A DNA stretch of 64,000 nt, taken from the NCBI GenBank assembly GCA_049320885.1, contig JBMORA010000042.1:1-64000 (forward strand). Reading direction: 5' to 3'. Every line of letters begins with the position of its first letter. Positions within the stretch are counted from its first letter, which is position 1. Under the pieces are notes generated by a model, which searched no databases, was not told the DNA's origin, and saw only the letters and a list, made by a program, of their open reading frames with translations. The translations under genes were made by a program, and so were the position numbers. Source of the stretch: Thermodesulfobacteriota bacterium (GTDB lineage Bacteria; Desulfobacterota; Desulfobacteria; Desulfobacterales; SURF-7). Shown piece by piece: positions 8,787 through 18,792 of the stretch.

Positions 8787-10160
8787 ATGAACACCACCCC
8801 CGAACGATCAGGAAAAGCAACGAACATCCGGCTAAGCGGATGGCTCCTGCTGTTGATACTGCTTCCGGCCTGTGCGCCCTGGTACCAGACCTATGATTTT
8901 TCGTCCAAGGAACAGCTCACCGAGCTCGATTCGGTTCCAAGACTCCTGAATGCTCTGGAAGATAAGGACTGGTATGTACGGAAGGAAGCGGCCCGGGCAC
9001 TTGGCGAAATCGGACCGGAAGCCGAGGAGGCCATTCCCGGACTGATCCACGCCCTGAGCGACGAAAAATTTGAAGTGCGAAAAGAAGCCGCAAACGCCAT
9101 GAGCAAAATCGGATCGGAAACCAACCCCTCCGTACCCGTGCTGATTCTCGTAAACGCACTGGAGGACAAGGGCTGGACAAAATCCAAGGATGCCATCATC
9201 GAGCTTTCGGAAATGGGTCCGAAAGCCAAAGAGGCGGCTCCGGCGCTCATCATGGTATTGAACAACTCCTACGACAACCGTTCCTGTCGATACGGACTGG
9301 TGCGCGCGGAAGCGGCGAAAACACTGGGTCAAATAGGACCCGAAGCCGAGGACGCCGTTTTTGCTTTCATCAACAACCTCAATGATATCGACCCGGATGT
9401 CCGCATGGCGATCATCATTGCCTTGCGCAACATGGGCAAGGACAAATCCTTCGCGGTTCCGGTTTTGATCGATATCGCTCAGAACGACAAGGTCAACATG
9501 ATCAAGAAGGAAGCGATCATCACCCTGGGCTTGATCGGCGCCGAATCGGAAAGCGCCATTCCCGTCTTGACCCAGATCATACAAAAAGAGCCGAATCCGT
9601 ATGTCTGCGAAGCCGCGGCCGCGGCCATGGTGAAAATTTCTCCGAATTCCAAGCTGGTTATCCACACCCTCGGCAACGCCCTGGCGGACGACGAACCCAT
9701 AATCCGCGCCGCAGCGGCAAAGGCATTAACCGCCGTCGGCAAACAGGCGGCGCCGGTGTTGCCGTCGCTGGCCAACGCCCTGCAAACGGAAACGGTAGAA
9801 CCGATGGTTCAGATCCATGCGGCCACCGCCATCGGCAATATCGGACCTGAAGCGCGTTGGGCCGCCCCCGCCCTCTCCCAGGTGCTCATCTCCGAAAATG
9901 TCGACATGCGGTTGGCCGCAGCCAAGGCCTTGGGGGAAATCGGACCCGGTGGTTCAGACACCATCGAATCCCTGATGGTGCTGCTGTACGACACCGATCC
10001 CCAGGTCCGTCTGACCGCCGTCAATACCCTTTCGAAATACGATGGCAAGAATGCCGACATCATCAAAACATTTGAAAAGGTCGCTTCCAGGGATTCGAAT
10101 GCGGAAGTCAAAAAGGCCGCTCAGTCCGCTTTGGTAAAATTGAAACAGGTTTCGCAATAG
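8787..10160 (+). CDS. HEAT-repeat (PBS lyase-like) lipoprotein
   Basis: Signal peptide with lipobox LLPAC; repeated VRxxAAxALGxIGPxA units. Confidence 0.88.
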   Translation: MNTTPERSGKATNIRLSGWLLLLILLPACAPWYQTYDFSSKEQLTELDSVPRLLNALEDKDWYVRKEAARALGEIGPEAEEAIPGLIHALSDEKFEVRKEAANAMSKIGSETNPSVPVLILVNALEDKGWTKSKDAIIELSEMGPKAKEAAPALIMVLNNSYDNRSCRYGLVRAEAAKTLGQIGPEAEDAVFAFINNLNDIDPDVRMAIIIALRNMGKDKSFAVPVLIDIAQNDKVNMIKKEAIITLGLIGAESESAIPVLTQIIQKEPNPYVCEAAAAAMVKISPNSKLVIHTLGNALADDEPIIRAAAAKALTAVGKQAAPVLPSLANALQTETVEPMVQIHAATAIGNIGPEARWAAPALSQVLISENVDMRLAAAKALGEIGPGGSDTIESLMVLLYDTDPQVRLTAVNTLSKYDGKNADIIKTFEKVASRDSNAEVKKAAQSALVKLKQVSQ

Positions 10161-10224
10161 CGACCTGAAGAAAGAGCGTCGCCAGCCGGCAAATCTACAT
10201 TCTGTTTCCCCATGGGCCATCATC

Positions 10225-11550
10225 CTAATAGGGGCTGATCAGGCCGTATCCATGCTCTCCATGCAGGGAATAATCCAGACCGGTTTCTTCCTTCTCGCGA
10301 TCCAGTCGGAATCCCACGGTTTTTCCAACCACCAGACAGATGATCAGCGTAGACAGGCCAGCAAAGGCAACCGTCACCCCCAGGCCTGTCAGTTGAATGA
10401 CAAACTGATCCATGGCGGACCAGCCAACGACGGCGGCCGACGCTTTGGCCATCCAGCTTTCACGGATGAAGAAACTGAGCAGCAATATCCCCAGTCCGCT
10501 GCCGACCCCATGGATTCCGAAGCAATCCAGGCTGTCGTCATATCCGAATTTCATCTTGGCCTTAAGCGCCAGAAAGCAGACCATGGAGGAGGAAGCGCCC
10601 AGGATAATGGCGCCGACGGGCTTTACGACTCCCGCAGCCGGAGTGATCACCACCAGCCCGGCCAGGATGCCGGAAGCAAAACCCAGGGAAGTTGCCTTGC
10701 GGAATACCAACGCCTCGATGAGCATCCAGGTCAACGCGCCGCTGGCAGCGGATACTTGGGTCATGGTCAGTGCCCGGGCCGTGTCCAGTCCGCTCTGAAT
10801 GGTCGAACCGGCATTAAAGCCGAACCAGCCCACCCATAGTAAACCAGCCCCCATCATGGTCATGACCAGATTGTTCGGTTGAATGGCGGTTTTCGGATAT
10901 CCTTCCCGTGGCCCCAAAAAAAGCGCCACCACCAGCGCACTGACCCCCGCGGAGACATGAATAACCAGACCGCCCGCCAGGTCTATTACGCCCGCGGCCC
11001 CGGCATTAAACAGCCATCCGTCCGGCGCCCAAACCCAATGGCATAGGGGGCAATAGACCACCAGAAACCAGAGGGCGATAAACAGACAATATCCCCGGAA
11101 ATACACCCGCTCCGCCAGGGCGCCGCTGATCAGCGCCGGTGTAATGATGGCGAATTTCCCCTGAAACATGGCAAGGACATACTCGGGGACCCCATCCTTG
11201 ATGGCATCGTCGATGCCGTTGAGAAAAGGGTAATCCGGATTCCAGCCGACAATCCCGCCCAATACGCTTTTTCCAAAGGTCAGCGCATAGCCGCAGGCCA
11301 CCCACAATACGCCGATCAGCGCCATGGCGACAAAACTATGCATCATGGTTCCCAGAACATTTTTCGTTCTGACCAGCCCGCCGTAAAACATGGCAAGTCC
11401 CGGAACCATCAACAATACCAGCGCGGTTGACGTCAGCATCCAGGCCGTCGTGCCGGTGTCGTTCACGGACCCGTCCGCGGCCAGAAGCCCTGCCGGCCCG
11501 CACAGGCAACAAAAAAGCCCCAGCCCACACCATTTCAGTTGTCTTTGCAT
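10225..11550 (-). CDS. amtB: Ammonium transporter
   Basis: PGLAMFYGGLVRTKN, FQGKFAIITPALISGA, DLAGGLVIH, WFGFNAGS, DDSLDCFGIHG; RBS AAGGAGG. Confidence 0.97.
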   Translation of the reverse strand: MQRQLKWCGLGLFCCLCGPAGLLAADGSVNDTGTTAWMLTSTALVLLMVPGLAMFYGGLVRTKNVLGTMMHSFVAMALIGVLWVACGYALTFGKSVLGGIVGWNPDYPFLNGIDDAIKDGVPEYVLAMFQGKFAIITPALISGALAERVYFRGYCLFIALWFLVVYCPLCHWVWAPDGWLFNAGAAGVIDLAGGLVIHVSAGVSALVVALFLGPREGYPKTAIQPNNLVMTMMGAGLLWVGWFGFNAGSTIQSGLDTARALTMTQVSAASGALTWMLIEALVFRKATSLGFASGILAGLVVITPAAGVVKPVGAIILGASSSMVCFLALKAKMKFGYDDSLDCFGIHGVGSGLGILLLSFFIRESWMAKASAAVVGWSAMDQFVIQLTGLGVTVAFAGLSTLIICLVVGKTVGFRLDREKEETGLDYSLHGEHGYGLISPY

Positions 11551-11606
11551 GTTCCCTCCTTCACAAATGGCTTCTCGATGGTTGTTTCCACAAGCCAGCC
11601 ATTTTC

Positions 11607-11623
11607 AGCAAAAAACGGGCCGA
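11607..11623 (-). promoter_or_regulatory. Sigma54 (-24/-12) promoter of amtB
   Basis: Minus strand TCGGCCCGTTTTTTGCT = GG-N10-GC, about 57 bp upstream of the start codon. Confidence 0.7.
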
Positions 11624-11700
11624 AGCCATAAAATTTTTCAACAATTTGATTTTCAAATATAATCTTTGAAAAGCACTTCTTCCGGACGCACGCAATAGTT

Positions 11701-11774
11701 CATTTTTGTATTTTTTATGGGAATAATGTCGACATTTTTGTATTTTTATTCTTGATTCTTATTCATTTTTGTCA
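11701..11774. promoter_or_regulatory. Three CATTTTTGT direct repeats, putative enhancer-binding-protein sites
   Basis: Copies at 11701, 11733 and 11764 (31-32 bp spacing), 80-150 bp upstream of the sigma54 site. Confidence 0.5.
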
Positions 11775-12183
11775 TTATTAAATCTGTAAATACCACGAAT
11801 TCAATCGATACCCCCATAAGATTCCATTTCCGGCAGGAAGTTCGGCACGGTCGGAGGCGCGAAACCCCATGTCCGGCATTGGGCCCAGAAACGGGAAAAC
11901 ATGTTTGGGCTTTTCAAAATGCGCCCTATTTTTCAGGAGCATCCTCCGGTGCGAGGGGGGCCTAATCTTTTGTGCTAACACGACATTTGATCAGTAACAG
12001 TGTTTATGTTCAGAAACCAGGTAATGATTTTTACCCCGGATGGCGACATTTTGCTTGAACTATTGAATACCAAAGGATAAAGAGAAAGATATTAAAATCA
12101 ATCCCGTTCAGGTTGCGGAATCCCTGCTGGATAGTGGTGACTAAATGATATCCGCCAGGGCTTCCGCGCCGGAGGCATGGCAT

Positions 12184-14520
12184 ATGCAACCTATGAAAAT
12201 CCATTCTCTTCTATTTTATATACTGATGACCGGAATGCTCCTGCTTCTGGGCTGCAGCGGCGGCAATCAGGAAGACAACCCTCCAGTGCCGGGTGGAGGG
12301 GGTGAAATCGAAATCGATCCTGTCTACAGCGACTCGGTTACCGTCAGGTGGCAAGCGGCCAGCGATGAGAATACCCCCTCAAATTTTCTGGATTATCTGG
12401 TGGTGTATTCCACTACAAACAACATAGGAGATCTGGCCTCGGCTGAAAAAAATGGTAAAAAAGCACCTCTTTATTCCGAAGAAGCAGATTCTGATGAATC
12501 GGAAGCGATATATTGGAATAAAAACATAACTTCGCTGAAAATAAAAGACCTTGATGATGGTATCCAGTATTATTTCAATGTAATCGTTCGGGACAGGGCC
12601 TGGAGAAGGTCCGTGTATCGAATGAAGGACGAAAAAACCACCGACGTTACGGCACCAAAGCCCGGCAACGGGGGGTTGGTGACCACGACCAACGAAACCG
12701 TTCATATAGACAACACGGTTTCGCTGACGTTGACCTGGACCAAAGCATCAGACAATAACAGCAGTGGTCCTTCAGTGCTCGAATACAGGGTTGTCCAGTC
12801 CCTCTATCCGGATATCAGCACCATTACCGGTATTGAAAACAAAGACAGTCAAACACCCGACCTAGAGCCCGTTTGGACAAAGGATATCAATTCATTTGAG
12901 ATTAAAGGGTTACCGATCGACACCTTGCATTATTTCAATGTTATGGTCAGGGATGAAGCCAAAAACACTGCAATTTATACCATGACATCCCAGGCGCCCA
13001 CAGCCGGAGATGCCGGAGTTCTGGCCATAAGCGCTGAAGTCGCAAACGGTTTGACCCTCAATTGGACGAAAGCCACCGATGGCGGCAATGACCAGAGTCA
13101 AATCCAATACCGAGTAATCCGGTCCACATCCAACAATATCAATCGCATTGAAACCGCTGAGGACAACGATCAGACCCCAGCCCTTGAACAGAAGTGGTAT
13201 AACAACATCGCCTCGCTCACAATAGTCGGTCTGATTCCGGAAACGGAATACTACTTCAATGTCATCGCAAAAGATGTCGCCGGATTTAAAGTCCTCTATG
13301 AGCAAATTTCCAATGCGCCGACACCCAAGGGAAGCCTTTCCATCACCAATGTACAACCAACAACTCTCACATTGGTCTGGACGAAAGCAATTGACAGCGG
13401 AAGCGAGTCCGAAACCCTATCGTATTCAGTCTATCGCTCTACTTCCAATAATTTAGATTCATTGGAAAATACCTTGACAAATGGAACCGTCATCCAGTCC
13501 TGGACCAATAATATTACCTTCCTGGATGTCACCGGGCTGCAAAGGGATACCGATTATTATTTTAATGTCGTTGTTCGGGATGCAACCGGCCATAAAAAAG
13601 CATACGAATCAGTCGCTTCACCAGCCGAAACCCGACTGCCGAAAGACACATCCACCCTGGAACGTTCATCCTCAGAACTCATCGGAGGACAAAGCACCGT
13701 CGGACAGGCATTGTTGAGCCGGGCGATTGCCGGTTCATCGGAAAAGGTTGCCGCCGATACGGCTGAAACGGCAACCCCTCTTTCCATCGACAAGGATAAA
13801 GGGCATCTGGTTATATGGCTGGATGCAACCCTTCCAGCCACAGGCAGCGTCGATCCATTTCCGATCGCGATCTGGAAGGATAAAAGCAGAGAGAAAAATC
13901 ATGCCCTGCAACCGATAGAAACATTCCGCCCCTTCATCGAACTCTCGACGACTGGCGATACGCATCCAAGGATATGCTTCGACGCAAGCAGGAATCAACA
14001 TCTGTTTGCTCCTTTGGGGGCGGATATTCAGTTACAAAAAGAATCCTCCGCCTGCAGCATCTATATGGTCGCCGGCGACCTTCAAAATGAGAGTGGACAT
14101 CCCGTTGCTTTCCTGCTGGACAGCGCCGATGAAGCCGGAAACCGCAACGGACTGTATTATTATCAAACCTCCCGGGGGGAAACCGCATTGGGGCTCCGGA
14201 CCGATCGCGCCTATCCCCTCCTGACGGATATCCCGGAAACGATATGGATCATGACAGCGGTTTTCGGCAAGGACGAGACCGGCAAGCCCTTTGGTTCCGT
14301 CAGCGTCAACGGACAGACATGCCCGTTGCCGGTATCCGCGTCCATTCCTCCGACCGTGACCCGACTTCTGCTCGGCGCGGGGTGGTCGACCCCGGATCTG
14401 GCGACTGCAGCCGATTTCATGACCGGCGGGATCAATGAGCTGATTATTTATGACCGAAAGCTCACAGCGGAAGAACACCAAACCATCCTTGCCTATCTGC
14501 GCAACAAATGGGGACGGTAA
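12184..14520 (+). CDS. Surface lipoprotein with four fibronectin type III-like repeats and a C-terminal LamG/ConA-like domain
   Basis: Lipobox LLLGC; four units of W.KA.D...Y.V..S...L.....YYFNV.V.D; C-terminal LVIWLDA...WKDKS...GGINELIIYDRKL...YLRNKW. Confidence 0.8.
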   Translation: MQPMKIHSLLFYILMTGMLLLLGCSGGNQEDNPPVPGGGGEIEIDPVYSDSVTVRWQAASDENTPSNFLDYLVVYSTTNNIGDLASAEKNGKKAPLYSEEADSDESEAIYWNKNITSLKIKDLDDGIQYYFNVIVRDRAWRRSVYRMKDEKTTDVTAPKPGNGGLVTTTNETVHIDNTVSLTLTWTKASDNNSSGPSVLEYRVVQSLYPDISTITGIENKDSQTPDLEPVWTKDINSFEIKGLPIDTLHYFNVMVRDEAKNTAIYTMTSQAPTAGDAGVLAISAEVANGLTLNWTKATDGGNDQSQIQYRVIRSTSNNINRIETAEDNDQTPALEQKWYNNIASLTIVGLIPETEYYFNVIAKDVAGFKVLYEQISNAPTPKGSLSITNVQPTTLTLVWTKAIDSGSESETLSYSVYRSTSNNLDSLENTLTNGTVIQSWTNNITFLDVTGLQRDTDYYFNVVVRDATGHKKAYESVASPAETRLPKDTSTLERSSSELIGGQSTVGQALLSRAIAGSSEKVAADTAETATPLSIDKDKGHLVIWLDATLPATGSVDPFPIAIWKDKSREKNHALQPIETFRPFIELSTTGDTHPRICFDASRNQHLFAPLGADIQLQKESSACSIYMVAGDLQNESGHPVAFLLDSADEAGNRNGLYYYQTSRGETALGLRTDRAYPLLTDIPETIWIMTAVFGKDETGKPFGSVSVNGQTCPLPVSASIPPTVTRLLLGAGWSTPDLATAADFMTGGINELIIYDRKLTAEEHQTILAYLRNKWGR

Positions 14521-14678
14521 GGAACCTCCCGCCGCAAACCTTACCCTGGAAAAGCAGGTGAATCGGATGCGTGGGATCCGAAACCGGCACGACAACCAAA
14601 ATAATTGTTGCTTTTTTTATTTTTTGGTTATATTTATGAACATCGGTGTTTGAATTTCTCCTAAAGCAAGGAACCGCC

Positions 14679-15332
14679 ATGCCCTTTTCGAAATTCGATA
14701 TGTTCCTGCGCAGGGTATACGAAGCCACCGGCATCAACTCGCAGAACGAGCTGGCGCTGGCCATGAAGATCAACCGCTCGGCCATCACCCAGGCCCGCAA
14801 AAAAAACGCCGTGCCGGAAAAATGGCTGGTTCAGCTCTACCGGCTTTTCAGCCTAAATCCGGATTGGCTGGAAACCGGCCGGGGGCCGACCTTCATTGCC
14901 CCGGACGCCCGCACGGAAGAAACCTTCACCAACATACCCAAGGTGAAAGCCCGCCTGTGTGCGGGAGGCGGCTCATTCGAAGTCGGCACGGAAATAGAGG
15001 GTTACTACGCGTTCCGGAATCAATGGCTGAGCCACAAGGGCAATTGGAGTAAAATGGTATTGCTGGATATTTTCGGCAACAGCATGGCGCCGGAACTCAA
15101 GGACGGCGATACGGTTCTGATCGACGAATCGCAGAAAGATATCCTCGCCGGGGCTCTTTATGCCGTGGGAATTGATGACACCATCATGGTCAAGCGGGTC
15201 GAAAAACACCCGAACAGACTGGTGTTGCTGAGCGACAATCGTGATTATTCACCCATTTTTCTGGAAAACGAGGATATGACAAAGGCCCGCATCATCGGCA
15301 AAGTCATCTGGAGCTGCCGGGAATTCAGATAA
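14679..15332 (+). CDS. CI/LexA-like repressor (HTH + S24 peptidase)
   Basis: N-terminal HTH (SQNELALAMKINRSAITQ), Ala-Gly cleavage site (LCAGGG), catalytic GNSM and VKR. Confidence 0.9.
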   Translation: MPFSKFDMFLRRVYEATGINSQNELALAMKINRSAITQARKKNAVPEKWLVQLYRLFSLNPDWLETGRGPTFIAPDARTEETFTNIPKVKARLCAGGGSFEVGTEIEGYYAFRNQWLSHKGNWSKMVLLDIFGNSMAPELKDGDTVLIDESQKDILAGALYAVGIDDTIMVKRVEKHPNRLVLLSDNRDYSPIFLENEDMTKARIIGKVIWSCREFR

Positions 15333-15432
15333 CCTACCCCCCGGCCCATTTTTTTGGCCCGCTTGTTTATTTATATATATTTTTGATTATTTTTTACAAC
15401 TTCAGCAACCGAGACGGAAAGGAGGCCGGACC

Positions 15433-15600
15433 ATGACCAAGCACATTTATGATCGTCATTTTCATGAATTTTTCGAATACCACGGAAACACCACCATCGA
15501 ACACATCACCCAAAAAAACGGCGTCACCATCGACCGGGATTGGCTGCTCTTCGACTCCGTGGAGGAGGCGCAGGATTTTTTTAACGACAAAACCGAATAA
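15433..15600 (+). CDS. Small acidic hypothetical protein, 55 aa (not in ORF track)
   Basis: RBS AAAGGAGG; MTKHIYDRHFHEFFEY...DWLLFDSVEEAQDFFNDKTE. Confidence 0.7.
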   Translation: MTKHIYDRHFHEFFEYHGNTTIEHITQKNGVTIDRDWLLFDSVEEAQDFFNDKTE

Positions 15601-15613
15601 TGGGAGAAATCAG

Positions 15614-15709
15614 ATGCTGCAACGACTGATTGACGGAGTCCTCGAATGCCTGTTCATGGCTGTGGTGCTGGCCGTTTCCATCGTCGGGACCCTTGCAATA
15701 GGGTTATAA
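15614..15709 (+). CDS. Putative 31-aa single-pass membrane peptide
   Basis: RBS GGGAG; MLQRLIDGVLECLFMAVVLAVSIVGTLAIGL. Confidence 0.45.
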   Translation: MLQRLIDGVLECLFMAVVLAVSIVGTLAIGL

Positions 15710-15776
15710 TTCCGGGGTCTCCCCCTTGCTGGGCCCATGATACGCAAGTTATCATCGGATCCCGCCGCTCCGGGAT

Positions 15777-18635
15777 TCACAGCTCCGTCACACCGGGTGC
15801 CGCGGCAGCCGGGACGGGCTCATTCTCCCCGGCGGCCGGAGGCGCCGGTTCCGGCTCAGCCGGAATCACCTGCTCCGGCGCCTTCTCCGTCTTGCCGGCC
15901 GCATTTTCCGAAGGCAGTGCCGGCTGTTGCTCCCCACCGCCGCCGGCATCCGGCGCCGCCGCGGGGGGCTTTTCCGGCTCGGGAGCGGCATTTCCTTCCG
16001 GGAGGGCTGGTGAAACGGGGATGGATTCCGGCTCTTCCGTTTTCGGTGTCTTCTGGAAACGCCGCTTCTGGCGATCGGCCCTTTCCGTCAGCTTGCTCTC
16101 CAGCCGTTCAAAGGCCTCTTCCAGGGATGGCGCCATGGCCACGATCTCACCCTCGCTGACAATCAGGCGTTTGAGTTCCGGAATTTTTAAACGGGTGGAT
16201 GAACTGAGATATACCGGCTGAACATAGAGAATCATATTACCCACCGGCAAGATCGTCATCCTTCCCCGGATAACCTCGGACCCGGCCTGATCCCAAAGGG
16301 TCAGTTGCTGGGCGATCTCCGTATCCTGGTCGATCAGGCTGTCGATCTGTGAAGGCCCATACACCTGTTTCCCTTTCGGGAAATCATACACCAGGAGCTT
16401 GCCATAGCTGTCACCGTCGCAGCCCGCCAGGGCCAGGGCTCGCAGATTGTTGCGCCCCAGGGGACTCATGGGACAAAGCAGAAGAAATTCATTCCGGTCG
16501 CGATGGATCATGTTGATGGTCAGATAATACGGTTGCAACGTAGTCGTCTGGTCCTTGCGGATCAACTTCGATATTTCCCAGCTATCTTCCTGACGGTAAA
16601 AAATCTGGGGATCTGTCTGATGGTATTTCGCATAAATGTTCATCTGCACTTCGAAAAGATCTTTCGGATAACGCAAATGGGACCGCAATTCCTCCGGCAT
16701 GGCCTCCATGGGTTTGATGAGCCCCGGATAGATGCGCCGATAGGCCTGAATAATGGGATCACTTTCATCGGCCATGAAAAAATCGGTGGTCCCATGGTAG
16801 GCGTCCACGACGATTTTAACCGAATTCCGGATATAATTGAACCGGGAGTTGTACGGCTGAGAGTTGGGATAGCGGTCGGAAACGGTATACCCATCCTGAA
16901 TCCAGCACAATCCCTTTGCAGTGGAAACCAGGTAGGGATCGCTGTCGAGTTGGAAAAACGGTGCCAGCCTTCGAATTCTTTCCGACACATTGCGATGGAG
17001 CAACATACGGCTGTTGTCGTTGGTTTTCGGGGTTAAGAAAATGTTCCGATCCTTGAAATAGAGGGCGAACGTCAATTTGCGATAGAGGGAAGACATGGCG
17101 ATGCCACCCTCCCCGCTGTAATTGCTCAACACGTTGGCTTCATCGCGGGGGTAATCTATTTCTCCGAGTTCGTTGGGCACGATGGCGTAGGAGTATTTTC
17201 CTATCCCGTAATAGATTTCAGGCTGCCGGATTTGGACATCGTAATCCGACCGGGTGGGCATATCGCGGACGAACCAGGTCATGTTTTCGTCACCACCCTG
17301 GGCCGCAGGAGTCATGACAAGCCCGTATCCGTGGGTGTATTGCAGATGCATATTGGTCCAGTTCCTGGCATATTCCGGCAAATTGGACAAGTCCAGTTCG
17401 CGCGCCGCCAGATATACCTGCTGGTACAGGCCGGAAATCATGTACCGATCCACGTCCACGCTGGGAAATGCATAATACGGCCGGATTCCCTGAAGCTGTT
17501 TGTACACATCGTCCAGCTGGACCTGGTCCCATACCGGGATGTTGTGCAGGCTTTCCACCACCTCCGCGTTTTGTCCGATTTCCGGAGTCGATTTGATCTT
17601 GTATTTGCGCGTTTCCACATCCAGCAGGTTATAGGCGGCCAGAGTCCCGTGGATATTATTGTCGATATAGGGTTGTTCGCGGACGGGTTCATTGGGCTTC
17701 ACATAATATTTCCCAACCGCGTCCTGGATGAATCCGGTTCCTTCCGTCCACAGCAGGGCACCGAACAGAATGCCGGAAAGGACCAGGGGCACCAACCCCT
17801 TGCGCCGATGCAGATACACCAGCAGAAGCAGGGACGTCAGAATGAAAAAAACCAGCGAAAGCCAGAAAATCGGGACATCCACCATCATTTCGACGTAACC
17901 CGGCCCGAAGAAAAACGGTTGATGGGCATCCGTGTAAATGAGCGCATAGCGGTTCAGAAAGAACCCCCAAGACTGGATGGCAACAACCAGGATGAACAGA
18001 AGCGTCAGGTGGATCCGGGCACCCCTGGGCAAATGCTCGTCGTTCTTACGCAGAATCCACCGCTCGATATAGTACAGGATAAAAATACCGGCCAGCAGGA
18101 AAAGAAAGGCACTCAGCAGTTTGTTCTGCACCAAGGTATACATGGGCAATGAAAACAGATAATGGCTGATATCCTTTCCGAATGTGGGATCAAGGGTGCC
18201 CGCGTTGGGGCCGAAAAAAAACAGCAACCCCGTTTCCCATTGCCTATAAAACGGCAGAGCGATGGGCAAGGCCAGAATCAGGGACAGGGGGGTGTAGACT
18301 TTCAATGACCCGGACTGAAACATCCGGAGAAGTTCGCGGTAACGCTTCCGCTTTGCACCGCTTTCCTGCTCCGGTCTTCTGCCCCCAACGGCGATGAACC
18401 GCGAAGCCAACCAGAAATTGAGGAAGAAAATCAGGAAAAAAAACAGGAATACGGAGAAGAACGTGACGTAGCGGTAAAACAGCCGCAATAGAAAATAGCC
18501 TTTATAATTCAATGAACTGAACCACCAGTAATCCACGATCAGGTCCAGCAGTCGGTAGCTCAGCAACGCATAGGCAACACCGATGAAACAGATCGATATC
18601 CCACCCAACCAAAACAAGCTCTTTAGCTTTTGCAT
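15777..18635 (-). CDS. UPF0182 family membrane protein
   Basis: DYWWFSSL, DPTFGKDIS, VDVDRY, YTHGYG, NYIRNSVKIVVDAYHG, LYVQPVYL...IPELKRLIV; Pro/Ala/Glu-rich tail. Confidence 0.93.
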   Translation of the reverse strand: MQKLKSLFWLGGISICFIGVAYALLSYRLLDLIVDYWWFSSLNYKGYFLLRLFYRYVTFFSVFLFFFLIFFLNFWLASRFIAVGGRRPEQESGAKRKRYRELLRMFQSGSLKVYTPLSLILALPIALPFYRQWETGLLFFFGPNAGTLDPTFGKDISHYLFSLPMYTLVQNKLLSAFLFLLAGIFILYYIERWILRKNDEHLPRGARIHLTLLFILVVAIQSWGFFLNRYALIYTDAHQPFFFGPGYVEMMVDVPIFWLSLVFFILTSLLLLVYLHRRKGLVPLVLSGILFGALLWTEGTGFIQDAVGKYYVKPNEPVREQPYIDNNIHGTLAAYNLLDVETRKYKIKSTPEIGQNAEVVESLHNIPVWDQVQLDDVYKQLQGIRPYYAFPSVDVDRYMISGLYQQVYLAARELDLSNLPEYARNWTNMHLQYTHGYGLVMTPAAQGGDENMTWFVRDMPTRSDYDVQIRQPEIYYGIGKYSYAIVPNELGEIDYPRDEANVLSNYSGEGGIAMSSLYRKLTFALYFKDRNIFLTPKTNDNSRMLLHRNVSERIRRLAPFFQLDSDPYLVSTAKGLCWIQDGYTVSDRYPNSQPYNSRFNYIRNSVKIVVDAYHGTTDFFMADESDPIIQAYRRIYPGLIKPMEAMPEELRSHLRYPKDLFEVQMNIYAKYHQTDPQIFYRQEDSWEISKLIRKDQTTTLQPYYLTINMIHRDRNEFLLLCPMSPLGRNNLRALALAGCDGDSYGKLLVYDFPKGKQVYGPSQIDSLIDQDTEIAQQLTLWDQAGSEVIRGRMTILPVGNMILYVQPVYLSSSTRLKIPELKRLIVSEGEIVAMAPSLEEAFERLESKLTERADRQKRRFQKTPKTEEPESIPVSPALPEGNAAPEPEKPPAAAPDAGGGGEQQPALPSENAAGKTEKAPEQVIPAEPEPAPPAAGENEPVPAAAAPGVTEL

Positions 18636-18792
18636 ACGGTTTCCTTTTGGCTTATGGAGCATCCATGCCAACTCCGGTCGGCGACTCAGAAGCAAATGAA
18701 TGCTGAATCGTTATATAAAACCGGACAAAGGGTCAATGAAAAAATAAGGATTGGCAACAAGGACTCGGGCATGCTATCCATCCCCCGGAACC

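Noticed and set aside
14679..15332. Prophage suggested by the CI-like repressor
   Set aside because: No cro, replication, structural or integrase genes nearby.
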